A stretch of 63,870 nt of DNA, the filler included, from Octopus bimaculoides (Eukaryota): NCBI RefSeq assembly GCF_001194135.2. It is 8 parts of 6 records of this genome, joined end to end, with 100 filler letters (N's around TTAATTAATTAA, not from the genome) between each part and the next. Parts side by side here need not be neighbours in the genome. Positions count along the whole stretch, not along the records: positions 61,351 to 62,673 come from NW_026350351.1; positions 62,774 to 63,870 come from NW_026420343.1; 6 more parts are not named here. One strand, given 5' to 3'. The notes beneath the pieces were generated by a model. The model saw nothing but the letters and a program-made list of their open reading frames with translations. It ran no database searches and had not been told where the DNA came from. Below, in pieces: positions 62,531 to 63,870 of the stretch. Positions within the stretch are counted from its first letter, which is position 1. Every line of letters starts with the position of its first letter. Both the position numbers and the translations under genes were made by a program.

Positions 62531-62773
62531 GATGGCTTTCTTTTCTTTCATTCATTCATTCATTCATTCATTCAATCAGTGGTTCTTTTCACTGAAAAAC
62601 ACTTCGATGTCGAATCTTTTGTCCCGTCCACCTTCCTACGCCGCCGCCCCCTCCCCCCAAACTCTGCTCTCCCNNNNNNNNNNNNNNNNNNNNNNNNNNN
62701 NNNNNNNNNNNNNNNNNTTAATTAATTAANNNNNNNNNNNNNNNNNNNNNNNNNNNNNNNNNNNNNNNNNNNN

Positions 62774-62815
<42 letters not shown>

Positions 62816-63870
62816 TTCCCCCTATCTTTTTCTTTTTTCTTTTTTTTTTGATGTGAGGAGGAGGCTTACGTTAGGGGCCTTCTTTCATTCTGTGTTGTTT
62901 TCTTTCTCTTTCCTTCATTCGTTCTTTCTTTCGTTTATTAGTATTTTCGTTGATTTGTTTGTTTATCAATTAATTTACTAACTCGTTCGCTCATTCGCCA
63001 GTTCATTCGTACTTTCTGTTCATGTCTGTGTGTTCTTTTGGGGCTCCTTCACTCTTTTTTTTGTTTTCTTCACGTTTCGTCCTATAATTCATTCGCGTCT
63101 TTCTTTCTTTCTTAATATATTAACCTCATTAGTTGACTCATTCGTACGTTCATTTCGTTTGTGCGTCCTTTTTCGAAGATCTTTCATTATATTTCCTTTT
63201 CATCTCTCTTTCTTCATTCATTTATTCGTATAACTGTTTACTACTTAATTTATTCAATCGTTCGTTCATTCGTCAATTCATTCATTCATTCACCAATATT
63301 ATTCATACTCTCTTTTCGGATCTGTGCATCCTTTTTCTTCAGGATCTTTCAGAAATGCTATTTTCTTCTCTCTTTCGTTCGTTCATTCATTCGTGCATCT
63401 GTTTGTTTGCTTATTAATTAATTTATCAACTCCTTCACTCATTCTTCCGTGCTTGTGCGACTTTTCCTTTACACTTTCATTACTTTTTCTCTTCTGTATT
63501 TCATTCTTTATTCATTCCTATATTTGTTGTTTATCAATCAATCTATTTACTCGTTCACTCATTCGTCTTTTCTTTACGCTCTCTCATTCTGTTTCGTTCA
63601 TTCTTCATTTCAATATTTACTGTTTAATTAATTCGCTTGAACTTAATTAATTTATACTATATAGATGCACATATATACGTCGTTACGTGCATATATATAT
63701 ATATATATATATATTAACATAGGGTAAAAATCATATATTAATTAATATCGATTAATTACCAGGAAGCTAGCACATTTAAAGAATCAAAGAGATTCAGAAA
63801 CAATATCTGCAATCTCAGGGGATTAAAGTATATTTTTATATATAACGTTGACCACTAACGTTATATATAT

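Noticed and set aside
62096-62725. 209-aa poly-Asp ORF (and 36890-37237) as an acidic biomineralisation-type protein
   Set aside because: Pure (GAT/GAC)n repeat open in several frames, starting inside a SINE fragment, with no signal peptide or splice context.
26753-62729. Recurrent identical TTAATTAATTAA as a CRISPR-like or regulatory repeat
   Set aside because: Always centred in exactly 44+44 Ns, so it is an assembly linker. No CRISPR array or prokaryotic gene is seen anywhere.
7379-63650. Dozens of ORFs rich in [16 protein letters not shown] or poly-I/T/Y
   Set aside because: They are translations of (TA)n, (TG)n, (CA)n, (CT)n and trinucleotide microsatellites, with no domain content.

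Overview
AT-rich, microsatellite-dense animal genomic DNA with about 12 unlinked N-gaps plus seven artificial 44N-TTAATTAATTAA-44N scaffold joins. The repeat content points to an octopus genome; the species is an inference. No complete host gene is recognisable, and almost all ORFs in the supplied track are microsatellite or gap translations. The window is mostly decayed mobile elements. Retroelements: the 3' end of an R4/Dong-like RLE retrotransposon abutting (AAT)n, several Penelope-like (PLE) RT and GIY-YIG relics, a LINE RT relic, a Tx1/L1-like gag knuckle, and about 25 tRNA-derived SINE copies of three types. DNA transposons: an internally deleted Chapaev-type transposase, a full-length Tc1 element with DD36E spacing, and two mariner MITEs. 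The most interesting signal is a set of PLE-type hammerhead ribozyme motifs: one near-intact type I fold at 9475-9547 (minus strand), dimer-type minimal ones at 6058-6278 and 14699-14746, and decayed relics. These sit in or next to long inverted repeats. Other leads are a 280-bp near-perfect palindrome (4707-4986) and a candidate terminal exon ending in a CaaX box (CCCLM*, 54636-54789). All calls were made by eye; no database searches or folding programs were run.
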